A DNA stretch of 64,000 nucleotides. Origin: a virus. Lineage: Duplodnaviria > Caudoviricetes. The stretch is from positions 826 to 64,825 of the IMG/VR virus record IMGVR_UViG_3300008266_000277. One strand, given 5' to 3'. Shown here one piece after another: positions 9,674 through 19,824 of this stretch. Both the position numbers and the translations under genes were made by a program. Under the pieces are notes generated by a model that was not told where the DNA came from, searched no databases, and worked only from the letters and a program-made list of their open reading frames with translations. Every line of letters begins with the position of its first letter. Position 1 is the first letter of the stretch.

Positions 9674-10255
9674 ATGGACGTTAAGAATGTATATGATAAA
9701 TACTTTCAAAAGAGCATGATGTTTCTCTATCCCTTACTAAAGGTAAGGCAGGGAAGCAGCATTGTTCCAGTACAAACCTATTTGTCATGGCAAGACATGT
9801 ATGAGCTTGGAGATTATAAGCTCATATGTGTCTACCACAATAGGAAGGATCCTGAATTCAAATCATTTGAAGAAAGGTTCCTGTTATCAAACCAACTATT
9901 CTACGATTATTTTCTACTGCCAGATAATATGGTGGCCTATGTATTTGATATGTCTGAGTACAGTCATGACTTCAGACTAGTAGCATTAGGTCAGTATTCT
10001 GAACTAAGCAGTGAGTTCAAATTTAAGATAATTAATTTCTTTGCATCAAATCCACATCATGCAGCGTATATAGATAGTTATCTCTATCCTGAGAGACATT
10101 ATTATACGTATGCAGATCTATTAAATTGCGATGTGGAATTATTAGTAAATGTTGGGCAGTTATGCAGTCCACCAGATCTTAATCAGGAGACGTTAATATC
10201 TAAGCCAATTGAAGTTAGAATAGAAGATAATTCATTACATTTGTCAAAACAGTAA
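9674..10255 (+). CDS. Hypothetical phage protein
   Basis: 193-aa ORF in the operon with typical codon usage. Confidence 0.7.
   Translation: MDVKNVYDKYFQKSMMFLYPLLKVRQGSSIVPVQTYLSWQDMYELGDYKLICVYHNRKDPEFKSFEERFLLSNQLFYDYFLLPDNMVAYVFDMSEYSHDFRLVALGQYSELSSEFKFKIINFFASNPHHAAYIDSYLYPERHYYTYADLLNCDVELLVNVGQLCSPPDLNQETLISKPIEVRIEDNSLHLSKQ
10236..10243 (+). promoter_or_regulatory. Possible Bacteroidota -7 promoter element
   Basis: Perfect TAnnTTTG (TACATTTG) 15 nt before the ATG at 10259; the -33 element is unclear. Confidence 0.35.
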
Positions 10256-10258
10256 AAT

Positions 10259-10708
10259 ATGAACATAGGAAAAAACATGATTTTAACCAGTAACTATTGG
10301 AATGAGGCAAAAAGTTTTAAGCTCGTTCCAGCTACTGAGGATTGCCCTTACACAGAGGCATTGTACGATATAAACACAGGATTGCTTGCAGTAATCAGTA
10401 AGATTAAAAAGCAAGTGTTTCATAACGTACCTAAACTAGATGATAATGGTGACGTTATGTACATGAAGTTAGGTAAGCGTGAAAATGGTAGACCTTACAA
10501 AGAAGAGCGTAGAACGCTTGAAACATTCCATGAGTACTACATCATTGAGGAGAAAGAGATCATTGATTTCATCAAAGCTTTTACAATCAATGAAGATAGT
10601 TACGATTACATGCAGTATATTGAGATTGCACGTAAGAAAGATAATCCAGACATCCTTGTACCAGAGACACCAGCTTTAGTTGATGCTACAGGTGCAGAGA
10701 TAAAGTAA
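10259..10708 (+). CDS. Hypothetical phage protein
   Basis: 149-aa ORF followed by a terminator. Confidence 0.7.
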   Translation: MNIGKNMILTSNYWNEAKSFKLVPATEDCPYTEALYDINTGLLAVISKIKKQVFHNVPKLDDNGDVMYMKLGKRENGRPYKEERRTLETFHEYYIIEEKEIIDFIKAFTINEDSYDYMQYIEIARKKDNPDILVPETPALVDATGAEIK

Positions 10709-10731
10709 TCAATAGATTACATAAATAATTT

Positions 10732-10759
10732 AAGGAGGGTAAGCAGCCCTCCTTTTTTT
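10732..10759 (+). terminator. Rho-independent terminator
   Basis: AAGGAGGGT-aagca-GCCCTCCTT hairpin plus T tract. Confidence 0.75.
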
Positions 10760-10798
10760 GCCAACTAAATAGGGGGGACAGCTTAACTGAACAAGTGT

Positions 10799-12790
10799 AT
10801 GAAGACACATTGGGTGATGGACTACGAGACCATGATTGACTGTTTCGTAGCTGTATATGAAGATTATAAGAAGGACGATACAAGAGTATTCGTAATAAGT
10901 AATTTAAGAAATGACATAGTATCATTACTACAGTTTCTTAGAGATAACCTTAAGTATGACCAGTGGCACATAAGCTATAATGGTTTGAACTTCGATAGTC
11001 AGATAACACAGTTTATCTTACTTAATGCAAGGGACTTAGCATATATGAAGGGAGGTGAGATAGCTGATCTATTATATACTCAGGCACAAGATGCAATAGG
11101 TAGGAAAGAAGCAGGTGAGTTTCTAGAGTATAGTCCAAAAGATTTATTGATAAAGCAGATAGATGTATTCAGGTTAAACCATTGGGATAATAAGGCCAAG
11201 TTAAGCAGTCTGAAGTGGATCCAGTATGGGATGGATTGGGAGAACATAGTAGATATGCCCCTGCACCATACCCATAGTATCACAACTCAGGAAGAGCAGG
11301 ACATGGTGGTAATGTACTGTATCAATGACGTAAAGAGTACTAAAGAGATAATGAATAGGAGTACAGAGCTGATACGTCTGCGTAAGACGCTATCAGAAGA
11401 GTACAAGCTAGATCTCTATAGTGCATCAGAAACAAAGATCAGTAAGGAGCTATTCCTTATGTTCCTCAGTAAGAAGACAGGTATCAAGAAGTATGAGCTC
11501 AGACAGATGCGTACCATACGTGAACGCATAGTCGTCAGGGATATCTTACTATCATACATATCCTTCAAGCGTCCTGAGTTCCAACAGCTTCATGAGGCCT
11601 TCAAACGTCTCATAGTCTATCCTGACAATACTAAAGGTGCATTCAAGCACACAGTTAAGTATCGTGGTGTACATACTGATTATGCATTAGGTGGTCTTCA
11701 TGGTGCACGTAAAGCAGGCATCTATGAAGCTAAAGATGGTATGATAATTATGACATCAGATGTTACATCATTCTATCCTAACCTCATAATCAGGAATGGT
11801 TGGGCTCCAGCTCACATACCTAAAGAAGCTTTCTGTGAACAGTATGAGTGGTTCTTTGATGAGAGACGTAAGATACCTAAAAAAGACCCTAAGAATTATG
11901 TATATAAGATTATCCTCAATGCAACATATGGGCTTAGTAATGAGGAGGACAGCTTCCTATATGATCCAGAGCTTACCATGCGTGTTACTATTAATGGTCA
12001 GCTTTCTCTTACTATGCTCTATGAGATGCTAGCAGAGGGTATCCCAGGTGCTATCCCGCTCATGCAGAATACAGATGGTCTAGAGATGATGATCCCACAA
12101 GAGTATAAAGACAAGTATCTGGAGATCTGTAAAGAATGGGAGCAGCTTACCAATCTAGAGCTAGAACATGATGAATATCAGAAGATGATTATAGGTGACG
12201 TAAATAACTATATCGCTGTTAACCACTATAAGGAGGTTGCAGGAGATGAGTTTGTTAAGTTGTTTAAAAATCCACATGCTTTAATTAAGGTTGAAGATGG
12301 TAAATATTATCATGCGCCAGTTAAATGTAAGGGTAGGTTTGAATTTGAAAATCTTCCTCTGCATAAGAACAAAAGTCTCCTAATAGTCAGGAAAGCAATC
12401 TATCACTACTTCCTCAATGACGTAGATCCTGAAGTGTATCTTAAAAACAATAGAAACATTCTTGACTATTGTGCAGGTGTAAAGATCAAAGGTAACTGGC
12501 AGTTCATAGAACATGCCATTGTAGAAGGTGAACTTCTCAAGACACCGCTACAAAAGACACTAAGGTATTATATCTCTAAGACAGGCTCTAAAGTCATCAA
12601 GACCAACAAGACTGATGGTAGAGAGATACAGCTTGAAGCAGGCAGATGGTATCAAACAGTATTTAACAAAAAAGAAGATAAAGAATGGGATGAGTATGAT
12701 GTTAATGATCAGTATTATCTAGAATGTATACGCAGGGAACAAATGAATATAGTTCCACATTTATTTGAAACACAACTTAAATTATTTTAA
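10799..12790 (+). CDS. polB: Family B DNA polymerase with 3'-5' exonuclease
   Basis: ExoI MDYET, ExoII YNGLNFD, ExoIII YCINDV; polymerase motifs SDVTSFYPN, KIILNATYG, QNTDG; C-terminal QLKLF. Confidence 0.9.
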   Translation: MKTHWVMDYETMIDCFVAVYEDYKKDDTRVFVISNLRNDIVSLLQFLRDNLKYDQWHISYNGLNFDSQITQFILLNARDLAYMKGGEIADLLYTQAQDAIGRKEAGEFLEYSPKDLLIKQIDVFRLNHWDNKAKLSSLKWIQYGMDWENIVDMPLHHTHSITTQEEQDMVVMYCINDVKSTKEIMNRSTELIRLRKTLSEEYKLDLYSASETKISKELFLMFLSKKTGIKKYELRQMRTIRERIVVRDILLSYISFKRPEFQQLHEAFKRLIVYPDNTKGAFKHTVKYRGVHTDYALGGLHGARKAGIYEAKDGMIIMTSDVTSFYPNLIIRNGWAPAHIPKEAFCEQYEWFFDERRKIPKKDPKNYVYKIILNATYGLSNEEDSFLYDPELTMRVTINGQLSLTMLYEMLAEGIPGAIPLMQNTDGLEMMIPQEYKDKYLEICKEWEQLTNLELEHDEYQKMIIGDVNNYIAVNHYKEVAGDEFVKLFKNPHALIKVEDGKYYHAPVKCKGRFEFENLPLHKNKSLLIVRKAIYHYFLNDVDPEVYLKNNRNILDYCAGVKIKGNWQFIEHAIVEGELLKTPLQKTLRYYISKTGSKVIKTNKTDGREIQLEAGRWYQTVFNKKEDKEWDEYDVNDQYYLECIRREQMNIVPHLFETQLKLF

Positions 12791-12791
12791 C

Positions 12792-14069
12792 ATGAGTAAA
12801 ACAACAAAATTAGTAACAGTAGAGGAGCTTAAAGCAGTTCCTCTACCAGTAAAGACAGAGACCTATACAGTAATTTCACATGGCCTTATTATCGACGAAG
12901 TAAAAAGAGAGCTAGTGAATGCTGGATTTGAGATCATGTCAGAAGAATATCGCGCTAATAACAACCTAGAGGTTGCTAGAGGTAGCTACATCATTAGGAG
13001 ATCAGAAGATCCAAACTTTGCAATGTCATTTAACTGGACTAACTCTTATGATAAGTCTACTAAGTTTCAGTGTGCAGTAGGTGGTTATGTGTGGGAAAAC
13101 AACTCATATGTTATTGAGAAGGAGGACAACGCATTTATCCGTAAACATACAGGTGATGCAGACACTCTAGCAAAAGATACAATCGCTGATAAGATTGCTA
13201 ATGCAGAGAAGTATTATCTGTCTGTACTTGAAACTAAGCGTAAGATGGAAGGGATTAAGGTTAGTCGTGGTGAGGTAGCCAAGATCTTGGGTAACCTTTA
13301 TGTCAACTTTGATATGATCTCTATTGAGCAGCTCAGTGGTATCAAGAAGGAGTATAACAAACCTAGCTATGTTTACTCTACTGACTCTGATAGTTTGTGG
13401 ACTGTATACTGTCACATCCTGACAGTTATCAAATCTTCACATCCAAAGCTATGGTTGCACCAACAAGGCTTCATTCATAATTATCTTAAGATAAATTATC
13501 TTACGTTAGTTGATCCTGTTGTATTGCCTACACCAAGTGCTATTGCAAAGGATTTTGAATTTAAATCACCAGAAGAAGTATTAGATATAATTCATCAAGA
13601 ATCTTTAGCAGAAGATCCATTTGGAACAAAAACTGGAGACATTGAAGAAGTAGGGAAAAATGTACCTGAAGAAAAAATTCCTAAATTCCCTCTTCTAACT
13701 GAAGAAGAAGCTGAGGAAGAGTTGCTCACTATGGAACAGCCTCAAGATGACTTAGTTATCTATACTGATCCACTAGGTGTAACATTTGAAGCTCCAATCG
13801 TAGAACCAAGTAGTTTCCTAGATGATTTTACTGAAGAAGAAATTGCTGAAGTAGAAGAAGCTAAGGAGATGTGGGCTCCGCGCAATGAGGATAATGATCT
13901 TGTTGTACAGGATCCAAAGATTATTTCTGTGCTTAAGAACGAAGTAAACAACATCTTTGGTTATGACGTTGATATCGAAGTGTACGAAGATGGTGAGAAC
14001 TATAACATCGTAACAAGTGATGGTCAAGAAGTAACAGTACCAATTGATTATGTAAATAATCTTATTTAA
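12792..14069 (+). CDS. DUF932/DUF945-like protein with long acidic C-terminal extension
   Basis: Likely ATG at 12792; TYTVISH, NSYDKS.KFQ.A.G, RKHTG, SLW.VY motifs; last ~180 aa very Glu/Asp-rich. Confidence 0.6.
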   Translation: MSKTTKLVTVEELKAVPLPVKTETYTVISHGLIIDEVKRELVNAGFEIMSEEYRANNNLEVARGSYIIRRSEDPNFAMSFNWTNSYDKSTKFQCAVGGYVWENNSYVIEKEDNAFIRKHTGDADTLAKDTIADKIANAEKYYLSVLETKRKMEGIKVSRGEVAKILGNLYVNFDMISIEQLSGIKKEYNKPSYVYSTDSDSLWTVYCHILTVIKSSHPKLWLHQQGFIHNYLKINYLTLVDPVVLPTPSAIAKDFEFKSPEEVLDIIHQESLAEDPFGTKTGDIEEVGKNVPEEKIPKFPLLTEEEAEEELLTMEQPQDDLVIYTDPLGVTFEAPIVEPSSFLDDFTEEEIAEVEEAKEMWAPRNEDNDLVVQDPKIISVLKNEVNNIFGYDVDIEVYEDGENYNIVTSDGQEVTVPIDYVNNLI

Positions 14070-14076
14070 AAAAGTT

Positions 14077-14109
14077 AGGGGGTAGCCATCTGGTTTCCCC
14101 CTTTTTTTT
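14077..14109. terminator. Terminator (probably bidirectional) between the convergent replication and virion modules
   Basis: AGGGGG-tagccatctggttt-CCCCCT hairpin with T8 downstream and A6 upstream. Confidence 0.75.
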
Positions 14110-14157
14110 CCTAACAAGAATGATGATACGCTCTGTAGGATGTACTGATGTTGCCGA

Positions 14158-17100
14158 TTATCTTCTTGCCATAGCTTGTGCATTGTAGAACTTCTGGATT
14201 GCCATTGCAGGATCTAAAGTTGATCCAGTGAATCCAACAAGTTTAGCCAGTTTAGCTAATAACTTACTACCTCCTTTTTGCTGAAAGAAGTAAGGACCTG
14301 TATCACGTGTATAGTATGCTTTGTCATCACCTTTCATGATGTGAATCATATCATCAAGGATCTCACGATATGTATCTGTAGTAGGACCAAAAGCAATAGA
14401 CTTAAGATCTAACAAGTCAAAGTAGTTATACAAACCACCACCTACATAAGGAGTAGCAGAAGGTAAAGGCAAGAACTGTTCGTTCTCTGCACGTACCTGC
14501 ATTAGTAGATTAATAAGATGTGTCTCAGCAAATCCTACTGTATTGAATGGTCTGTTAGCATCTCCTTCTACACCAAAAAAGTCTAGAGGTCCTGACAAAG
14601 CTCTAAGCTTATCATATCTTTCATCATCATCAGGATCCCAACCAAATATCATAGCTAGTGCAATACTTATAACTGCCAGACCCACAACCTCAGCAAGTAC
14701 ACGCATAGCTGCTTGCTTCTCTTCAGCTGTTGCATATTTAAGTGCAAAGTCTGCATTCTGTACAGTTTGCTTTAGCATTTGTAATGTACGTATGTAGTAA
14801 CCCATATCAGGCTCACCTAGGCCAGGATTTAATCTTGCTCGTGGCGACAACAAAGGTCCTTTGAAGCCCCAGCGTTTAATAGCCATAGTAGTAAAGTATC
14901 TACGCAAATAACTCATAAATCTAAAGAGTAGATATCTCTGTGCTTCTGGTTGATCATACTCTGCATAAGCACCGTTGAGTGAGTTAATAACCTGCTGCAT
15001 TTTATTCTTAAAATGGTTGAACTCTTTGCCTAGCTTTATGTTTCCTTCAGCATCATATGTGAATCCATACTTAGGATCAATACCAGATTTTAATCTGATT
15101 TTCTTATTCTCATCAAGTTCAAATGCTTCTATGTAAGGTATCGTTTCTACCTTACCATCTTCCGTTGTACGCTCAATCATCTTATGATGCATCATACCAC
15201 CAAATTGCTGAAGAGTAGCTTGAAGTTCTAACCATTTACGTGTACTGTATAACCAAGAACCTTCAACAACATCTTTAGTAAAAGTACGAGACATAGTATT
15301 ATTTCTAAGCTTTTCTTCAAATCTACCCTGAGAAGGATCAAAGATTTCAATGATCTGTTGCGTTAATGATTTAGGCCCTTTAGTATAAAGGTTACCTCCA
15401 AAGCTTAGATCACCCATGGCCATAGTAGCCCAAACTTCGCCTTTAGCAGCAGTAATAGGATTTAAATACTTATTTGCTGTAGATTCAATCATTGTCTGAT
15501 ATTTAGCAGACCACTGGTTTTTAAGTGCAGAAGGAACGTTAAGCGCAAAAAACTGAAACGATGCTCTACTAAATAATGCACTTGACAAGTTATTCACAAA
15601 TGCAGATTCAGAAAAGGCACCTTTCATATTAATACCTTCAAACTCACGCTCAAGAAAGTTATTGACATTATCAGCTCTTACACTAGTACCTTTCTTTTTA
15701 CGATAGCTAATAATATGTCTATGGATGAAATTTTTCTTGTTAATCTTTGTAAGATCTACAGTATTGTTAGGGTCATTAACTACTTTCTGTATAGCACGAG
15801 CAACAGGAGATATCTTAATAAGTTGCTTTTGACGCTCTGCTGAATACATGTATCTCATCATTGATGTAATGATGTCTGTAGATACATCTTCATATTCAAT
15901 GTTATATAATCCAGAGATAGGAATGTTACTTTGCTCATCATCAAATAGGTCAAGCTTAGCCATTGTGACTAAGTTATTCTCCCACTTATTGTTAAATCCT
16001 TGCTCTGCCTGATCTGTTGAGCCATAGAACCATTCTCTTATACGCTTAATCCACTGCTGCAGACCATTCCATCTAGCTCTGCCTACTTCATCAACCTTAG
16101 TACTTTGAAGAGTTTCAAGACCTAATCCTAAGAATGCTCCTTTAGGTTTAGTAAATCGAGGAAAATCCAGATACAGCTTTGACTTATTATCTAGGCCATT
16201 CTGATTACGTAAATGATGCTCTGTAAGTTTTTCAAGAACTGTAAATAATTTAGGATCTTTCTCTTTAAGATCAAAGTATTCTTTATTGATATACTTATCC
16301 CATCCATCTTGTGACTGATCAAGATCTTCAGCTGACTTAGGTAAGAAATTACCTTTGTTATCAACTGTCTTACCTACAATCTTAGCTGTCTTATACTCTT
16401 CTTTTACTTCCTGACGATAGAATTTCATAGCTGGTAGACCAGCAATCTTTTCAATAACTCTACCTGACTTATCTTTTATTTCTGTTTGCTCATAGTCATT
16501 AGGATCTGTAGGTCTTATAACTGACCATACAGATACTCGTTTATATTTTGTACCAGTAGCAGTTTCTACGGTAATGTGGTTAGCATCAAACCATTTTGCA
16601 AAATCAGAATTCTGACGCTTCAGTTCATCTATAACATCTTTATCTAGTAAGAATCTATTAGCAGATTGTGCTGTAATAGCACGTGATCCTAATGAATCAT
16701 TAAGCTTATCTGTATCCATAAGCTGCAGATAATTGTTGACAACATCAACATAATAATCTGTAGCATCTGTTTCAGACATCTGCTCTAATTCATAATATAA
16801 ACCATCAAGCTCAGCCTTAAGAAAATTATCTAATCTATTCTTGCTTTTCTTAGCATATAGTTCATTTAACCTATCCTGTTCTTTTTTACTTAATGCTCTT
16901 GTTTCACGTATCTTATATAGTTCATTAAGTTCAGCCTGTTCTTCAACTAATACGCCAGATCTATATTTTGCTTTTCTGGCATCAATCTCTTGCTCTAAAG
17001 CTCTAATCTTATCAATAGCTTCTTTAGTCATTAGAGATGGATCAGGTTGCCCATCCTCATCTCTAAATCCTGACTTAAGATCAATAATAGCTTCTTGTAA

Positions 17101-19824
17101 AGGAGCAATTTCTATTTCTTTTGCTACTGTGCTAGGAAGAGTATCTAATATCTCCTTGATACGGGCAAAGATCTCTTGACGTTTAGTATACCAAGATTGC
17201 TTAATAACAACACGTGTATTCTTACGTATCCATTCTTCACGAAGAGCATTATATTTATCTGAACCAACGCCATACTTACTAGCTAGTTCATCTTCATAGT
17301 TAGAAAGAATCTGTTGAAATACACCAGGTCTTTCTTTCCATTCATAAAACTGACGAGATTTTTCTCTATACTCCCTTAGTCGTTGGGCAATAGCCAAGTC
17401 CTTACCTGTTTTCTTGTTGCCATATAGATCATACAAGGAGTGTAACTGACGATACTCACGCCATAGTGCATCTATTTGATTTGCTATCTCAAGCTGTTCA
17501 CTTTCATTAGTTGCAGTTGCAGATACTTGACGTATCTTCTCTATAATAGCCTCCCGTTTAAATGCTGCTTCTTTACCAATCTCATCTCTTTCAAATAAAC
17601 TTTGTCTATCGTAGAACTCAGGTCTGTATTCCTGATGGAAATACTTACGTAAAAATTCTTTACGTCTAGCAACAGCATCTCTTAATCTAGTTAAGGAAGC
17701 ATCTGTATTAGTTGTAGAATATTCTCGCTCAGCTTCATCTACTTCATTATTCATTACTTGAAGATCATGTCGATAATCTCTGAATGGGTTGAGAAGTGTC
17801 CATATTTTTCTACGTACCTTTTGACCATTCTTATCTTCTGCAAGCACAGTATCTAGGAAACCTACTTTCTTTCCTAAGTCACCTATGTTACGAGGATTAT
17901 ATCCATAATCTTCTAAGGCATCTCTAAGATCATTTGCAAAGTCATTAAGTTTTGCTTGCGCATTAACCATGACTTCGTTCATATTATTTTTAACGTATAA
18001 TGCTAGACCACCCACAATAGGGTCATTGTTATACATATATCCTTCAAAGAAGCCATTGAACCAGTTAGCATCACCTAGTTGACCTTTAAGTAAGTCTTCA
18101 ATTTTCTCAGGAGTAATCTCAATACCTTGAGCAGCTTCAATACGCATGTTAGCATACTGTAGCTTCTCAGCATTAGTCATATACTCTTTCTTTCTTACTT
18201 TCTCACGTAGCTGATTATATACTGCATAATCTGATTTTGTTAGACCATAATATTCTCTATGCCATCTATCAATTACTTTTTGAGGAGCCCCTTTCTCTTC
18301 AAGGTCTGAAATAATTTTTTCATATCTTTCTTTTGCTTCTCTACCTATGATCTCAAACTCTTCATAGATAACATCTCTAGTACCATCGGCATATACTTCC
18401 TTAGTTACACGATCTATCTTTTCTAAGTTAGTTTCAATACGAGTGATTACTTGATAGATTTTTGAGTTAGCAGGTACACCAGAGTCAGGCTGATTAAAAG
18501 TATCTTTGATCTGACTGATGTACTTACCCCAATGATCAGTAAGCTTACGATAATAAGTTATTTTTTGTAGATTATCTTGTGATAGACCATTCTTATAAAG
18601 GTCATCCATATGAGCTTGAATCTTACTGATAACAGTATCTACATTGTAGATAGTATTAACAAGAGCATTAGCTTGAGACTCAAGAAGTTCCATTGCTGCA
18701 ATTTCATTGTCAACAATATTATCAATCTGATTCTTATATTTATTAAGATCCTGCATAATAATCTCCATATCAGGACGCTTATACTGATCTCTTAGAATGA
18801 CAGCTAGTTGCTTATAGTTACCATTTTGTTGTAATTCTCTTAGCTGTCCTGATGCTAGTTGGTAACCTTCATATATCAATGCCTGAAGTTCTTGCTTATC
18901 TACCTTCTTCATGTCATTGATTTCTTCTTGATACTCTTTCAGATATGCAACTACATCTTCTTCAGTTACTAGTTCAGTATCAATCTTAAAGTTTTCATTA
19001 GTCAGCATCATTGCTAACTCATCAAGCGTAGTTGTAGGATCTAGCTTAGATACTTCTACCTGACCAAATGCATTTCTAAATAATTTTTTAAGTGCATAGA
19101 AGATATCTCTAATAAACTTAGCAAAACCAGGAGATTCTTCTTGTTTCATAGAAGCTCTTTCCAAAGCTTTTACAACTACCTCTTCTCTAAACATTGGCCC
19201 ATCCATGCTAAGATTAGGATGCGTTCTGCTAACTTCCTCTACTATAAGCTTACCTTCGTTAGTACTCATTAGATTGTCATACAACCTATTGAATAACTCA
19301 GGATTATCTACAATGATCTGACGAACAAATGGGTGAGCAAACTCGTGGAATACAGACCCTACAGAAATAGAATCTCCTACAAAGAATACCTGACCATTAA
19401 AATAAAAAGCAGATTGACCACTCCATGGGTTAATGCTTCCTTGTGTAAGTTCTTTTGCACGTTCTGCTGTAATGATATCAAACTTAACACCTAATCCATT
19501 AGATAGCTTTCTAGCTATTTCATAAGCTCGTGTATTGGCACTGTCTCTTACAATTTGTTCTACCATGTTATCAGTACTACGATCAGATGCATGGAATAAT
19601 TCCATAGCTATTTCTGTAGGAATACCTGACATGATACCTGCTGTATGAGGTAGTGGTTGAGCCATTTCCCTTGATAGCTTTTGAGCTTCAAGTTTAGCCT
19701 TAACCTCTTCTGGTGTTCTAATACTGTTACCAGACTCTACGTAATCCTTATACGCTTCAAATCTACCTACTGCCTTTTCTAAGGCTTTCCATTCATCTAA
19801 GTTTATATTAGGACATACACTCAT
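14158..19824 (-). CDS. Giant virion ejection/core protein with N-terminal zincin-like domain (1888 aa)
   Basis: Start at 19824 (TAATG overlap with the upstream stop; MSVCPNIN). HEFAH at 19333-19347 with downstream EE; long helical body; C-terminal hydrophobic segment VLAEVVGLAVISIALAMIFG; follows the RNAP gene as in crAss-like phages. Confidence 0.75.
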   Translation of the reverse strand: MSVCPNINLDEWKALEKAVGRFEAYKDYVESGNSIRTPEEVKAKLEAQKLSREMAQPLPHTAGIMSGIPTEIAMELFHASDRSTDNMVEQIVRDSANTRAYEIARKLSNGLGVKFDIITAERAKELTQGSINPWSGQSAFYFNGQVFFVGDSISVGSVFHEFAHPFVRQIIVDNPELFNRLYDNLMSTNEGKLIVEEVSRTHPNLSMDGPMFREEVVVKALERASMKQEESPGFAKFIRDIFYALKKLFRNAFGQVEVSKLDPTTTLDELAMMLTNENFKIDTELVTEEDVVAYLKEYQEEINDMKKVDKQELQALIYEGYQLASGQLRELQQNGNYKQLAVILRDQYKRPDMEIIMQDLNKYKNQIDNIVDNEIAAMELLESQANALVNTIYNVDTVISKIQAHMDDLYKNGLSQDNLQKITYYRKLTDHWGKYISQIKDTFNQPDSGVPANSKIYQVITRIETNLEKIDRVTKEVYADGTRDVIYEEFEIIGREAKERYEKIISDLEEKGAPQKVIDRWHREYYGLTKSDYAVYNQLREKVRKKEYMTNAEKLQYANMRIEAAQGIEITPEKIEDLLKGQLGDANWFNGFFEGYMYNNDPIVGGLALYVKNNMNEVMVNAQAKLNDFANDLRDALEDYGYNPRNIGDLGKKVGFLDTVLAEDKNGQKVRRKIWTLLNPFRDYRHDLQVMNNEVDEAEREYSTTNTDASLTRLRDAVARRKEFLRKYFHQEYRPEFYDRQSLFERDEIGKEAAFKREAIIEKIRQVSATATNESEQLEIANQIDALWREYRQLHSLYDLYGNKKTGKDLAIAQRLREYREKSRQFYEWKERPGVFQQILSNYEDELASKYGVGSDKYNALREEWIRKNTRVVIKQSWYTKRQEIFARIKEILDTLPSTVAKEIEIAPLQEAIIDLKSGFRDEDGQPDPSLMTKEAIDKIRALEQEIDARKAKYRSGVLVEEQAELNELYKIRETRALSKKEQDRLNELYAKKSKNRLDNFLKAELDGLYYELEQMSETDATDYYVDVVNNYLQLMDTDKLNDSLGSRAITAQSANRFLLDKDVIDELKRQNSDFAKWFDANHITVETATGTKYKRVSVWSVIRPTDPNDYEQTEIKDKSGRVIEKIAGLPAMKFYRQEVKEEYKTAKIVGKTVDNKGNFLPKSAEDLDQSQDGWDKYINKEYFDLKEKDPKLFTVLEKLTEHHLRNQNGLDNKSKLYLDFPRFTKPKGAFLGLGLETLQSTKVDEVGRARWNGLQQWIKRIREWFYGSTDQAEQGFNNKWENNLVTMAKLDLFDDEQSNIPISGLYNIEYEDVSTDIITSMMRYMYSAERQKQLIKISPVARAIQKVVNDPNNTVDLTKINKKNFIHRHIISYRKKKGTSVRADNVNNFLEREFEGINMKGAFSESAFVNNLSSALFSRASFQFFALNVPSALKNQWSAKYQTMIESTANKYLNPITAAKGEVWATMAMGDLSFGGNLYTKGPKSLTQQIIEIFDPSQGRFEEKLRNNTMSRTFTKDVVEGSWLYSTRKWLELQATLQQFGGMMHHKMIERTTEDGKVETIPYIEAFELDENKKIRLKSGIDPKYGFTYDAEGNIKLGKEFNHFKNKMQQVINSLNGAYAEYDQPEAQRYLLFRFMSYLRRYFTTMAIKRWGFKGPLLSPRARLNPGLGEPDMGYYIRTLQMLKQTVQNADFALKYATAEEKQAAMRVLAEVVGLAVISIALAMIFGWDPDDDERYDKLRALSGPLDFFGVEGDANRPFNTVGFAETHLINLLMQVRAENEQFLPLPSATPYVGGGLYNYFDLLDLKSIAFGPTTDTYREILDDMIHIMKGDDKAYYTRDTGPYFFQQKGGSKLLAKLAKLVGFTGSTLDPAMAIQKFYNAQAMARR

